Below, one piece after another: positions 34,417 through 46,841 of a DNA stretch of 64,000 nucleotides. The notes beneath the pieces are model-generated. The model was not told where the DNA came from. It saw only the letters and a list, made by a program, of their open reading frames with translations, and did not search any database. Position numbers and translations under genes: made by a program. How positions within the stretch are numbered: the stretch's first letter is position 1; the number at the start of each line of letters is the position of its first letter. The stretch is from Octopus vulgaris (taxonomy: Eukaryota): the NCBI GenBank assembly GCA_951406725.2, contig OX597821.1, positions 117,490,001-117,554,000 on the forward strand, given 5' to 3'.

Positions 34417-36780
34417 CAGTGTTTCCCAACCTTTTTTCCCGGCGCCCCACTTTTTCATAGCAAAAGTTTTTACGCCCCACCTTTTCCCATGTCCACTCAC
34501 ATTTACAAGTTCATGTGGGCCTACTTACAATTGAAAAAAAATCAAAAATTAAAAAATTGTATTCAAAATACAAAAAAATAGTTTGAGAATTGAAACAACA
34601 GGCACTGAAAGTGCATAAAACCCAATAAATCGATAAAATTATTACGATTTGTCATGTTTTTAAAAAAATGTCAATTTATAAAGAATAAAGAAACACGTTT
34701 TTTCAGTTCAATTATTTGACGGTCAGCTCGACTAATTTAGGGAGAACCCTGTGCCTGATGCATGCAGCACAAGTTTTTAATTTGAGGAGACAACTTTGTT
34801 AATTTCAGTCGTAAATCGCCACGTTTTGTAATCTCAAGCCGGTTTCTCTTGGCTTCGAGCAAATTATCAACTGCACTAAAACCACATTCGACCAAATAAG
34901 ACGAAGGGAAAGGAATCAGTAGCTCTCTCGCTGATGTAGAAATTTTAGGATATTTTCTTTCAACCTCGTCATATAGCCACATCTTTGTACCTTTCAACTT
35001 AAACAAAGTCTTCACTGATTCATCATGTTGTAATTCTGATAACTCTTCTTGGTATTGGATTGTAGCATCAGAAACGTTAATCAGAAGCGGTTGAGTTAAC
35101 CAAGAAGGAAAATTCATTGCCTTTAAATCACAAAATCTGTCATTGAAATCCTTTATCAAGATATTTAAATGATCAATAATTACAATGCCAGCATCATTCG
35201 TTATTTCACATTTACTCAACCAGTAAAGTTCACTGAAATTTCTTTTGGAAAATTTCTTTTTCCATAATTCGAGAGCTGTAATAAATCCAAAAATCTTTGC
35301 TTTTGCATCAATAAGTGTCATGTTTGCACCTTGAAGTTGTTTATTCAAGTTTCCAAGTTTCTCAAATATGTCTGTCAAATAACTGACAAATGCTTTTCCA
35401 TCCGTTGTTGACAGCAATTTCATTTCACATTTATCACTAAGAAAGTCGTTAATCTGATCAAATAATTCCATGAACCTCTTTAAGCAGTTTCCACTTGATA
35501 GCCATCTTACTTCTGTATGAAGCAATAATCGAACATGTTCGGCACTTTGATTTATACAAAACTGCTTAAAAAGACGTTCAGATTTAGAATTTCTTTTAAT
35601 GCTGTTGACACACTTGATCACACTTTGAAGAATCTTGTTAAGAACAGGGGACAATTTCTTGGCAACCAAGTTTTCTCGGTGTATTACACAATGGACAGTC
35701 AACATGTTTGGATTTTCATCCTTCATCATTTTTAAGCATCCTGTATTCTTGCCCATCATGGCAGGTGCACCGTCTGCCACACATGCCAGTAAGTTTTCCT
35801 TTGGTATTTTGTTTGCATCCAAATAATGTTTGATTTTGATGTAAATATCATTTGCAGTTGTGGTGGTTTCAAACGATTCGCAGAACAGCATCTCTTCCTG
35901 AAACTCCTCGTGGTCAATATACCTCACATAAGTCAATAACAGAGCCTCACTGTCCCGGATTGTGGATTCGTCCATTTGTAATGAAAACTTACGCAATTTT
36001 AATTTCTCAATGAGCTGGCTTTCAACATCTTGCCCCATTTCATCTATTCTGTTCGAGACAGTGTTATTACTGAGTGGCATAGTCCTGATATCTCCATCAT
36101 CTTTTTGTAATACAGTTTTTAAGAATATTGAGATAGCAGGTTTAATCAGTTGCTCTCCAATAGTGTGATTCTTTCCATGTTTTGCTATAAGCAAGGAGAT
36201 TTCGTAGCTGGCTTCAAGGGCACGAGTATGAGGCGCTTGTTTTGAAGTGAGTTTTGTTCGGTTTTTAAATTTTTCTTTCAATGATTTGAAGTATTCCAAA
36301 TCTAAATTAGAATTATTAGGATGTCTTACCTTTAAGTGCGCTTCCAGCCTACCTGCCTTCATTGACTCATTGCTCATCGTCTGATTACATAATAAGCAAA
36401 ACGGTTTACGCTCATCATGCTCATCAGGAATGAATCCAAACTTCAAAAACTCCACCGCGTATTGACGAGTCTTCTTCTTGTTTGGTTTGCTCATTTTCAA
36501 TAGGGCTAACAAAAGACTAATTGAGGCAAACTAATTGAGGCAATTGATTGGCTTATCTGAATAGTAAGTTTATTGCTCAGTGCGGGATCTTCTTTGTCTC
36601 GCTGGGGTGCGAGAGTTTCCGATGTGGAGGCTTCAAAGGAAAGACGGAATCTAAGGTTGTGCCCGCGATGACCGCTCGTCATGTACAAATATTTTCACAG
36701 CCCACGTCTATGCCCCGCGCCCCACCTGAATTTTCTCAGGCCCCACCAGTGGGGCGTACGCCCCACCTTGGGAATCACTG
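34417..36780 (-). mobile_element. full-length hAT (Buster/Charlie-type) DNA transposon
   Basis: TIRs CAGTGTTTCCCAA / CAGTGATTCCCAA; perfect 8-bp TSD CTGTAGGG (34409-34416, 36781-36788) with central TA; single transposase ORF. Confidence 0.95.
34737..36494 (-). CDS. Buster-family hAT transposase (ZBED8/SCAND3-like), 585 aa from ATG
   Basis: BED finger CLLC...HLKVRH; MDEST, ADGAPAM, HCVIHRE, HTEVRW, SYLVECGFS motifs; C-terminal QAQGS; no stops or frameshifts. Confidence 0.93.
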   Translation of the reverse strand: MSKPNKKKTRQYAVEFLKFGFIPDEHDERKPFCLLCNQTMSNESMKAGRLEAHLKVRHPNNSNLDLEYFKSLKEKFKNRTKLTSKQAPHTRALEASYEISLLIAKHGKNHTIGEQLIKPAISIFLKTVLQKDDGDIRTMPLSNNTVSNRIDEMGQDVESQLIEKLKLRKFSLQMDESTIRDSEALLLTYVRYIDHEEFQEEMLFCESFETTTTANDIYIKIKHYLDANKIPKENLLACVADGAPAMMGKNTGCLKMMKDENPNMLTVHCVIHRENLVAKKLSPVLNKILQSVIKCVNSIKRNSKSERLFKQFCINQSAEHVRLLLHTEVRWLSSGNCLKRFMELFDQINDFLSDKCEMKLLSTTDGKAFVSYLTDIFEKLGNLNKQLQGANMTLIDAKAKIFGFITALELWKKKFSKRNFSELYWLSKCEITNDAGIVIIDHLNILIKDFNDRFCDLKAMNFPSWLTQPLLINVSDATIQYQEELSELQHDESVKTLFKLKGTKMWLYDEVERKYPKISTSARELLIPFPSSYLVECGFSAVDNLLEAKRNRLEITKRGDLRLKLTKLSPQIKNLCCMHQAQGSP

Positions 36781-36994
36781 CTGTAGGGTGTACATATTTT
36801 TGTATCGTTTGAAAATTAATATTTCGTTCATATCTTTGAATATGTTTATTGTGTTCCAGATTTGTATAATGTTTGCATGCATAATATTTATTCAGTATAA
36901 ATTTCGCTTGATTTCCTTTGATATTAGAATAATGGAAATTTTTTAGGGGTGTACACACACTTCTATGAGATACTGTATATATATAGATATTTAT

Positions 36995-37265
36995 TTATCA
37001 TTGTTTAATGTCCACTTTCCATGCTGGCATGGGTTGGATGGTTTGACTGAGGACTGGTGAGCCAGAAGGCTGCACCAGGCTCCAATCTGATCTGGTAAAG
37101 TTTCTACAGCTGGATGCTCTTCCTAATGCCAACCACTCCAAGATTGTAGTGGGTGCTTTTGCATGCCACCGGCACAAGGGCCAGTCAGGTGGTTCTGGCA
37201 ACGACCACACTCAAAAGGTGTTTTTTACGTGCTACCTGCATGGGAGCCAGTCCACAGTACTGGCA
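36995..37265 (-). mobile_element. RTE-tail SINE copy
   Basis: family motifs. Confidence 0.75.
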
Positions 37266-39139
37266 ACAAACAAAAATATGTTTTCGTTTTCCCTTTTTAT
37301 TTGCAATAGGATAATTTGGGAATTAGGTGGAGTGAATAATGTGATAGCAGAGTACTAAAAGCCCAAGTTCCACTGGGCCAAACATGCTGCAAAGTTTACA
37401 GATAACAAGTGCCGAGTGGTATCCAAGAGATCAGAAAAGGCCACTTGGAAGGCCTCCATAATGATGGGAATATGATTTAATCAAACAATTTGAGTTAAGA
37501 TGGAAGAGAATGGTGCATCCTAGACAACTGGAAGTGCATTGTGACCAGTGGTGTATAACTGCATCTGATGGCTGGGTCAATACCGTAATATAGATATATA
37601 TATATATCTAAGAGAGAATCACTATGTAATATGTATTTTTTGTGCATCTATGGGTAGAGGACATCAAAAAAACGTTGAACACAATAAGAAACGAAAACAT
37701 AAAACAAAAACATAGAAACGAACTTTTTTCAAACAACGAAAAAAACAGAGAAACGAGACATACAACACAAGGAATATTCCCCTTCTTCAGTTGCCCCTGT
37801 TTCGTCTACTCCGCGTTTCGAAGGTAAGGACAAGACGTGACTTTGTTGAAACAGTCCTTCCTGCAAAGCAAATTAAATAAAATTTGGGATTTTTTGCGGA
37901 GGGTAAAAGTGGTAACAAGAACAGTAAAAGACAGAACAATGAGAGTAAAAACAAACTGAGGGCTGTTAAGCAAAGATGATGGAAAAATTATTCTGAATGC
38001 TTAAGGAGACAGCTTATGAATGAGACAGGATATATATGTATGTATGAGAGACTATTGTGCAATATGCTGTATCTTTTGTAAGGTCTCAAGCACTGCCCCA
38101 GGGAGGCACACTCTGTTGCTACATCACTGCTGGAAGGAGTGCTTTTGTGTATTGGTTCTGCTGGACTGGGGCCAAACCCATGCTAAATATCAACACCAAC
38201 CATCAACGAATCTTGTACAGGGAGGCCTCTCTTGTTGCAAATGTTGGTTGGGTTCTCCTCATGTCATACCATTGCACCCTGTTGTCTCACAATAGAAGGC
38301 ACATAGTGGATAGTGTATGTCTAGATACACTGTGTCACTCATGTAAAAAAACAAAAAAACAAAACAAAGGTGTTGCTAATGGTCATTTAGTCATTGCCTG
38401 GATGTTTTAGATTGTAGATTTTCTTGACCAGTATTGACCCAGGGTTAAACAACAGTAACAGAGAGAGAGCTGTAGAACCAATGACCCAGCTGGAGCATGT
38501 GCTGCTGCTGGGGCAGCCATTGGATTTGAGCCCTCCACTCCCTATAAACATTTACAGAGCAGACCCAAAAGTGTTGCCCAGAACAGATCCTCGCTACCCC
38601 TCCCTCCACGACATTGTGGAACTGCAAATCAATAACATCTTTAACAAAGGTTTACATTTTTTTTTATTTTCTTCCAAAACATTTGAGAAAAGAGAGTTGG
38701 GACACAACGAGACATAACAATTCCCATTAAATCTGCTTCCTTCCTTCCTTCTTCTTCTTCTTTTGCCACAATACTTTTCAGCTCAGGAATACCAATATTT
38801 CCTTTTTTTTTAGTTATTTTTTAATTTCTAGTAGGTGGGGGATGGGGGGAGGCAGTGAGTGGGAGGGAGGGGCTGGAGGAGCCATATACTAAAGAGAAAA
38901 AGGTCCAAGGGTGCTGAGTAGTCACCTGTGCTCTCCCCACCAGAAAAACAAAATGACTTGTTTTTTTTCTCTGAGTTTTGCAAGAATCACAGCTTTTTGA
39001 ATATTTTAAATGTTTCCAAAATTGTCCAATGGAAATTTAGTGTTCTTTGTGTTGCTGGAATGTAAAAGGGTTTCAGGGGAGTTTGTTCGTCCACATCAGG
39101 AGAGGTAGATGCATATGGCTCAATGTCTTTAGCTGGGCT

Positions 39140-39400
39140 TTATGACTCAGTGATCCCCCTTGTTACTAAATCTGCCGTATCTCTCTCCGTATCCTCCGTC
39201 GGGTCAAGAGCTTTCGATGTCATTAGAGTCACATAAAGGTTCTCCTTTTTAGCTTTCTTATCTTTAGGACTTCCGGGTGGTTTCTCATCTGTTTTTGATG
39301 GTTTCAGTTCTTTTGCTGGTGTATCCATTCCAAACATTGGGTTGCTGAAATTTGTTGGTGTCGTAGGATCTGGTAAGCTGTATTCATTTTCAATTGAAGC
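39140..39400 (-). CDS. LRP2: LRP2 terminal coding exon (ASIENEY...TNFSNPMF...[18 protein letters not shown])
   Basis: ttgcag acceptor, phase 0, TAA at 39142-39140. Confidence 0.88.
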   Translation of the reverse strand, partial: ASIENEYSLPDPTTPTNFSNPMFGMDTPAKELKPSKTDEKPPGSPKDKKAKKENLYVTLMTSKALDPTEDTERDTADLVTRGITES

Positions 39401-42250
39401 CTGCAATGAGAGAGAAAAGAACTTATATGTAAAAGATTTGTACATTATGGAAAGAAATATAATCAAACAGACTTTTAAATACTGCACTTCGTGTGTGTAG
39501 ACGGAAACTGCAAAGAAGCCTGCCACATATATGTATTACAATTAGTTTATTTGTCCTTGTTGATCTTGTTGACCAAGGACATTACATGGGAGAGAAAAAC
39601 AGGACATGGTGTGTCTGGCTGTGGCTGACCAGTCCAATGCATGCTCAGAAGGTTCTGCTGCGGGTTGGACTCTGATGGTTCTGCTGAGACTGAAGGCAAG
39701 GAGTTGGCACTGGACTTGAGCAGTTCATGTTTACTTCATGCCCTTGCAATCCTGTTCTGATTGTAAGGGGTAGTACCTCTGCTGGTGCCACTACACCAGG
39801 CAGGACTTGTGCTTGTGTCCCCCAGGGGTCAGAGTTGATCCCAAAGCTCTTCAGTGAGGCTTTGAGTCAATTCTTGAAGTGCTTTTCCTCTCCACCTTAC
39901 ATGTGCTTGTGTCCCCCAGGGGTCAGAGTTGATCCCAAAGCTCTTCAGTGAGGCTTTGAGTCAATTCTTGAAGTGCTTTTCCTCTCCACCTTACATGTGC
40001 TTGTATTCCACCAGTTTGCTATAAAACAATCCCTTGAGAAATCATGTGTCAGGCATTCAAACAAGGTGGCCTGCCCACCGGACTTATGTACTCCTCGAAA
40101 GTGTGTAAATGCTTGGCAGATCAGCTTGAGAGAGGACCTCTGTGCCAGGTGATTTCCTACAGCTTTCTCGGGCAGTTCATGTACAAGCAGATCAACTTTT
40201 TGGCATGGTGTAAGTGACCATGTCGACAATGTTAGCTGACACTTCATCAGTTACGAGTGATTCAGTTGATCGGATCAATGGAACAGCCTGCTAATGAAAT
40301 TAATGTGCAAGTGGCTGAGTACTCCACAGACACACATACACTTAACATAGCTGTCAGGCAGATTCAGTGTGACACAGAATGTGACAAGTCTAGCTCTTTG
40401 AAATACAGGTACAACTCATTTTTACCAGCAGAATGGACTGGAGTAATGTGAAGTAAAGTGTCTTGCTGAAGGACACAGCATGAGATGAACTCAGGACCTT
40501 ATGATTGCAAGCTGAATACCCTAATCACTAAGCCATGCACCTTAACTGACAGTGTTTCCCCTGGATGGGACACCTGCATGTTGCTGAGTGGCAGCAATGT
40601 GAAATGATATGTTTTGCTGGTCTAGGAATCAAAACCAAGTTTTGTGGCCAGGTGCAGCACCTTAGCAATTAGGCCACAACGGGCCTTCGTTATGAATACA
40701 GGAAACAAAGAAGCAGATTAAAGTTCAATACTCACAATCTCCATTTCTGCTGCATTTTCATAATTTGGGGAATCAATTTGGATGTTTCCATTGTCACGGT
40801 AAGCTACGACTCCTGAAGGATCATGGGGCTCATCTTGACCCCTAGAGAACAAACTCATGGAAAATATCCTACGCAGTTTGGAAATAAAAGAAAGAAAAAA
40901 AAAATTCAATTAAATGAAGTAGTAAAAATGTGGCAAATGGAAAACAAACAAACAAACAAGAAACCAATTTTAATGAAGTGTGGTTCAGATTATTTTCCAA
41001 CCAACAACATGGTTTGGGGTTCAGTCCCATTGCATGGCACCTTGGTCAAGTGTCTTCTGCTAAAGTTCCAGGCCAACGAAAGCCTTGTGAGAGGATCTGT
41101 TTGATGAAAACTTAAAGAAGGTTGTCACGTATACAAACACACACACCACACACACACAGAGTTGTTCATAAGCCCATAAAAAGCACACTGTAAATAACCT
41201 TTTGAGAAATAATATTTTAAAAAGTCGTTTGTTACTACTGGTCAGAAAGTTACCATAGGTTTCATGCCTCTTATGCTCTTAGCAATATCAGTAACACACC
41301 AGACCTACTGACCAGAGACACATAACTTCTTTCCCGATGGAGGTAAGAATACAGTATTGGTCCGCCAGGGTTGTGAAAAGCCCTGAAATAAAATTCTTTG
41401 GAGCAAAATCCCTTCTGTGCAAGATGGTGTTATCTCATTTTGACCAGTTCCATGTGGGTCCAAAAAGAGTCAATTTATGTATGATTTCTGTTCACTCATA
41501 AGAAAGTCCTTCTTTTCCAGATTGGTTTGCTTCTTGGCATCTTTTTGGCCTTGAGTCTAAAGTCACTAATAACTAGTCTATACTGGGGGGAGGGGAGTAC
41601 ATTCTTCACCAGGGAGGGTCTTAGGATTTAAGAGCAACCATGCATCCCAATATATAGGCAGAAATAGAAGTTGAAAATACACTGAAAATAGTTAAAATAT
41701 TCTTTATTATTATATTTAAAGATTTAACCAGTTTCACAGTTTACATTGATTTTTCAAAATCAGTGTAAACTGTGAAACCGGTTAAGTCTTTAAATATAAT
41801 GGTAAAAAATATTTAAACTATTTTCAGTGTATTTTCAACTTCTATTTTGCCTATACATATATATATATAAAATTAAAATTAAAATGAGGGTGTTAAATTG
41901 GATATTAATTTGATAACATCAATTTAACAACAGTGGTCTAGCATATAAAAAAACTGAGGTTCAGTAAATAGTATTACATACATGTAAAAGGGAATTACCA
42001 CTATGTGGAAACCCTTATGCTAGAAGAAGATCCGCTATAGCCTTACCATTAAGAATTGTTCTCTAGAAAATTTAGCAAACACCAGAAATGCAAAATATAG
42101 ATCTATATTTTTGTTACTTTTCATTTGTCTTGCTCGCTTACGTTTCTGGTGTTTGCTAAATTTTCTAGAGAACAATTCTTAGTGGTAAGACCATAGCGGA
42201 TCTTCTTCTAGTGTAAGGGTTTCCACATAGTGGTAATTCCCTCTTATATG

Positions 42251-42293
<43 letters not shown>

Positions 42294-42907
42294 GCATGAA
42301 TATATGCCTGTGTATGTGTGTGTGTGTGAGCATGTGTGTTTGTGTCCTTTTCTTGATACTGTGCGATTGTTGTAAGTGATTTATCCATTTCAAATATTCT
42401 GTGAATTCATCTCTGAGTTCTTGTTGAGTCTTGTTAAATATTCTTACCTGCGTTTTTTAATGAGTAAATAACCAACCAGGATCAAGCCTCCCATGATCAG
42501 CAGTAGAACAACAGGAACTGTAATTGCCGTGACCTCTGTTTAACGAAAGAAAACAAAATGAAAGAGATAAATATTTTGAATATTAGTTCCATCTTTGGAT
42601 TTGGTTTGCAAGATTTTTGATGTGATGGCAGTGACCTCTGACTGGCTCCTGTGTTGGTGGTATGTAAAAAGCACCATCTGAACATGGTTGATGCCAGGGC
42701 CACCTGACAGGCTCCTGTGCCAGTGGAATGTAAAAAGCACTCACTACAGTCTTGGAGTGGTAGACATTAGGAAGGGCATCCACCCGTAGAAACATTGCCA
42801 GATTAAATTGGGACCTGATGCAGCCACTGGCTCTCCAGACCTCAGTCAAACCATCCAACCTATGCCAGCATGGAAAACGGACGTTAAACAATGTTGATGA
42901 TACATAT

Positions 42908-42956
<49 letters not shown>

Positions 42957-42958
42957 TA

Positions 42959-43007
<49 letters not shown>

Positions 43008-43544
43008 GGGGTGGGCTTCTTTCAACCAAATTCGCTCATAAGGCTTTGGTCGGCCCAGAACTACAGTAGAAAACTAGTTGCCATGCAGTAGGACTGAACC
43101 TGATACCAAATGGTTGGGAACAAGTTTCTCAGTAGAAAGCAGTGGTGTGTGTCTATAAATATGAGCACCTGTACGCACACACACACACACACAAATTAAG
43201 CTTCCATATAGCTTCCATCTATTAAATTCCCTTTACAACTTGCGTGTGCTGTGCAGTGAGATTGAACTCAAAACCACATGGTTGTGAAGTGAATCACTCA
43301 GCCACAATGTCATGCGTTATGCTTGCATCATTTATTTTAATTAAGAAGCTTCGTTAAGAATTATAATAGCAAATACTTACTGGTAGATCTGAGGGCACTC
43401 AAGAGGCCCCTGGCAGTCATAAGCGAACAATCCACACCATAATAGCCTTGAAAATAAAATATATTCATTAAGAAAAAGAAATATATATATATATCATCAT
43501 CATCGTCATTGTCTTCTAACATCCAGCTTCCATGCTGCTTTGGG

Positions 43545-43590
<46 letters not shown>

Positions 43591-44106
43591 GTGTATATAT
43601 ATATATATATATATATGAAAGAAGGTTTGAAAATGCAATTTTAAAAGATATTTATTCACTTGACCGGGTTTCACTTTATTAGAAAAAGATTGTCAAAAGT
43701 AAAATGTAAAGCTTTGCATAAGCTTTGTTGTGTTAAGAACTGGTTGTCAAAAAGTATTAAAATACATATATACATTCTTTGAAAATAATAAGGAAATGTT
43801 AAAAACAGGTTACAAGATTTTTCCTTGTAAACTGTTTTTAACATTTTTTATTATTATCAAAGAATGTATATATGTATTTTAATACTTTTGTGACAACCTG
43901 TACTTAATACAACAAAACTTTTACATTTTACTTTTGACAATCTTTTTCTAAAAATGTGAAAACGGTCAAGTGAATAAATATCTTTTAAAATTGCATTTTC
44001 AAATCTTCTTTCATATATATATATATATATATATATATCATCATCATCGTTGTCGTCTTCTAACATCCAGCTTCCATGCTGCTTTGGGCATGCACACACA
44101 CACATG

Positions 44107-44146
<40 letters not shown>

Positions 44147-44847
44147 AAGTATGGGGGCTTAGTTCACAGGTGATCTAAGCAAATAGGTACCCACATGGAT
44201 CTATGCAGGATTGTACTTATGGACTTATTTCTACAACATCGGAAAGTTAAACTGCGAACTTTTATGCTTCTTTTTTCTTCTCTCTCTTCATCTCCTTATT
44301 CCTTTACTCATGTCTTCTTTGTCATCATTTCATTAATCTATACCCTTCTCATTTTCCCTATTTGTCTCTGATGACAGAATATCCCAGAAATAGATTGAGG
44401 CCATGCTGGGGCACCACCTTGGAGAATTTTAGTTGAATGAAACAACTCCAAAATGTAATCCTTTTTTTAAAGCCTGGTACTTCTTCTAATGAACCCTTTG
44501 CTGAACTGCTAAGTTATGGGGATGTAAACAAACCAACATAAATTATCAAGCAGTGGTGGGGACAAACACGTGCACACACACACACACACACACATAGAAT
44601 GGGATTCCTTCAGTTTCTGTCTACCAAATCTACTGATAAGGCTTTGGTCAGCCCAAGGCAATAGGAGAAAACATTTGCCCAAGGTGCCATGCAGTGGGAC
44701 TGAACCTGAAACCATGTGGTTAGGAAGCAAGCTTCTTAACCATACGGCCATACCTGTGCCTATGCAATCAAATATGGTGTGTCTTTCAGTGATTGTCCAT
44801 CATCTCTGAATTCCATGTAATTATATTCTTTATGCAGTTACTGTGGC

Positions 44848-44903
<56 letters not shown>

Positions 44904-44990
44904 CAAGTTAGCCATATTCTGCTTTGGGAGCTGCGTCCTTGGATACTGGGGTTGCCGAGTGAAATATTCAGCATGTGTGTGTTTTTTTGT

Positions 44991-45032
<42 letters not shown>

Positions 45033-46390
45033 TGTGTGTATGTTTTGTGTGCTTGTATATGTGATTGTGTGTGGTTATGTCTAACTGTATTGATTGTGTA
45101 CATGTGTGTGACTGTGTGTGATTGTGTGTGCATGTATGTATGTGATGTGTATCTATGTGTGTGTGTGTGTGTCTGTCTGTCTGTGTAGATTGTGTATGTG
45201 TAATTGTATGTATGTCTTGTGTTGCATGTTTATGTGATTGTGTGTGGGTATGTCTAACTGTTTGTGTATGTATGTAATGTGTGTGTGTGTGTGTGCGCGT
45301 GTGAGTGTCTGTGTGTGTACATGAAGTATTTTGTCAGCAATAATTCTTACCTTCCTTGCAGTGGCAGATGTAAGTTCCATTGCTTCCTTGAATACAAGAA
45401 CCACCATGGTAACAAATACACATGGGCAATTTCCGGGGCACTTCAAATGCTAATGAGGGTTGTAAGAAAGGAAATACAGAAGATAAGCTAAATCTTGAGA
45501 TGTCATGAGAAAGATCAACAGCTGAAGAACTTTTAATATCACATTTATTTATTTACTGCAGGACACCTACCCCTGCTCCTCCACAACTCTAATCTCTCAT
45601 CCACTGGCTCAAAGCCACTAAACCCCTCACTCCTACTCCCTCTCCCACTTTGTCTTGCTAGTTACTTAGCAACCATGTTGGTGCTGGTGCCACATAAAAA
45701 GCACAGGTGCTGGTGCCACATAAGAAAAGCACAGGTGCCACGTAAAAAGTACTGGAGCTGTTGCCATGTAAAAAGCAGCCAATACACTCTGTAAAGTGGT
45801 TGGTGTTAGGAAAGGCATCTGGTTGTAGAAACTCTGCCAAAACAGACAATGGAGCCTGGTACTCATTTTATTGACCCTGGAAGGGATGAAATTCAAAGTT
45901 GACCTTGGCAGAGTTTGAACTCAGAATGTAAAACGGACAAAATTCAGTAAAGAATTTTACCCAGCATGCTAATGATTCTGCCATCTCATTGCCTTTTTAA
46001 AAAAATGATAACATTAATTTCTAACTAAAGCACAAGTCCACATATTTAGAGGTGAGCATATAATTATATACTCTATTAGCTGGCTGTTCACAATTCTATC
46101 CCCTCAACCATTACATTTCAACTATTAGTATGTTCATTAATGTTACCATATATATATACACACACATATATATATATATATATATTTATTATATAGAAGG
46201 AGCTTCTACAGGACTAGAACTGTTTCATTCAAGAGAAATCATCAGGAAGCTCAAGGAGCTTCCTGATTATTTCTCTTGAATGAAACAGTTCTAGTCCTGT
46301 AGAAGCTCCTTCTATATAATAAATTAATTTTACTCTGCTATGTATTGAGTACCTTATTTACTGTGGTTAACCCCGAATCAACCCGGGACC

Positions 46391-46430
<40 letters not shown>

Positions 46431-46590
46431 GGACTCTTCCATAATATGGATACCAGTTATGAAACACCAGCAATGGGCCTGACTGTGATCTCACTTGACT
46501 TGACAGGTCTTCTCAAGCATGGTGTATTGTCAAAGGTCTTGATCACTTGTCACTGCCCGCCTGAGGCCTAAAGTTCAAAGGGTGCTCTTT

Positions 46591-46641
<51 letters not shown>

Positions 46642-46779
46642 CATATATATTGAGGTAAAAAGTCGTCAGAATTTTGAAAAAAATCTTTTTATTTCTTCAT
46701 TATGTGCTAATTAATGATAATGAAGAAATAAAAAGTTTTTTTTCTGAAAATTCAATTTCTGTGCAACACACCTAGCACA

Positions 46780-46841
<62 letters not shown>

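Larger units (their letters stand above)
34350..36965. mobile_element. small TIR element (MITE) split by the Buster insertion
   Basis: GAAGTATGTACACCCCTAAAAAAATTTC at ~34352 is mirrored by GAAATTTTTTAGGGGTGTACACACACTTC at ~36935-36963. Confidence 0.6.
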
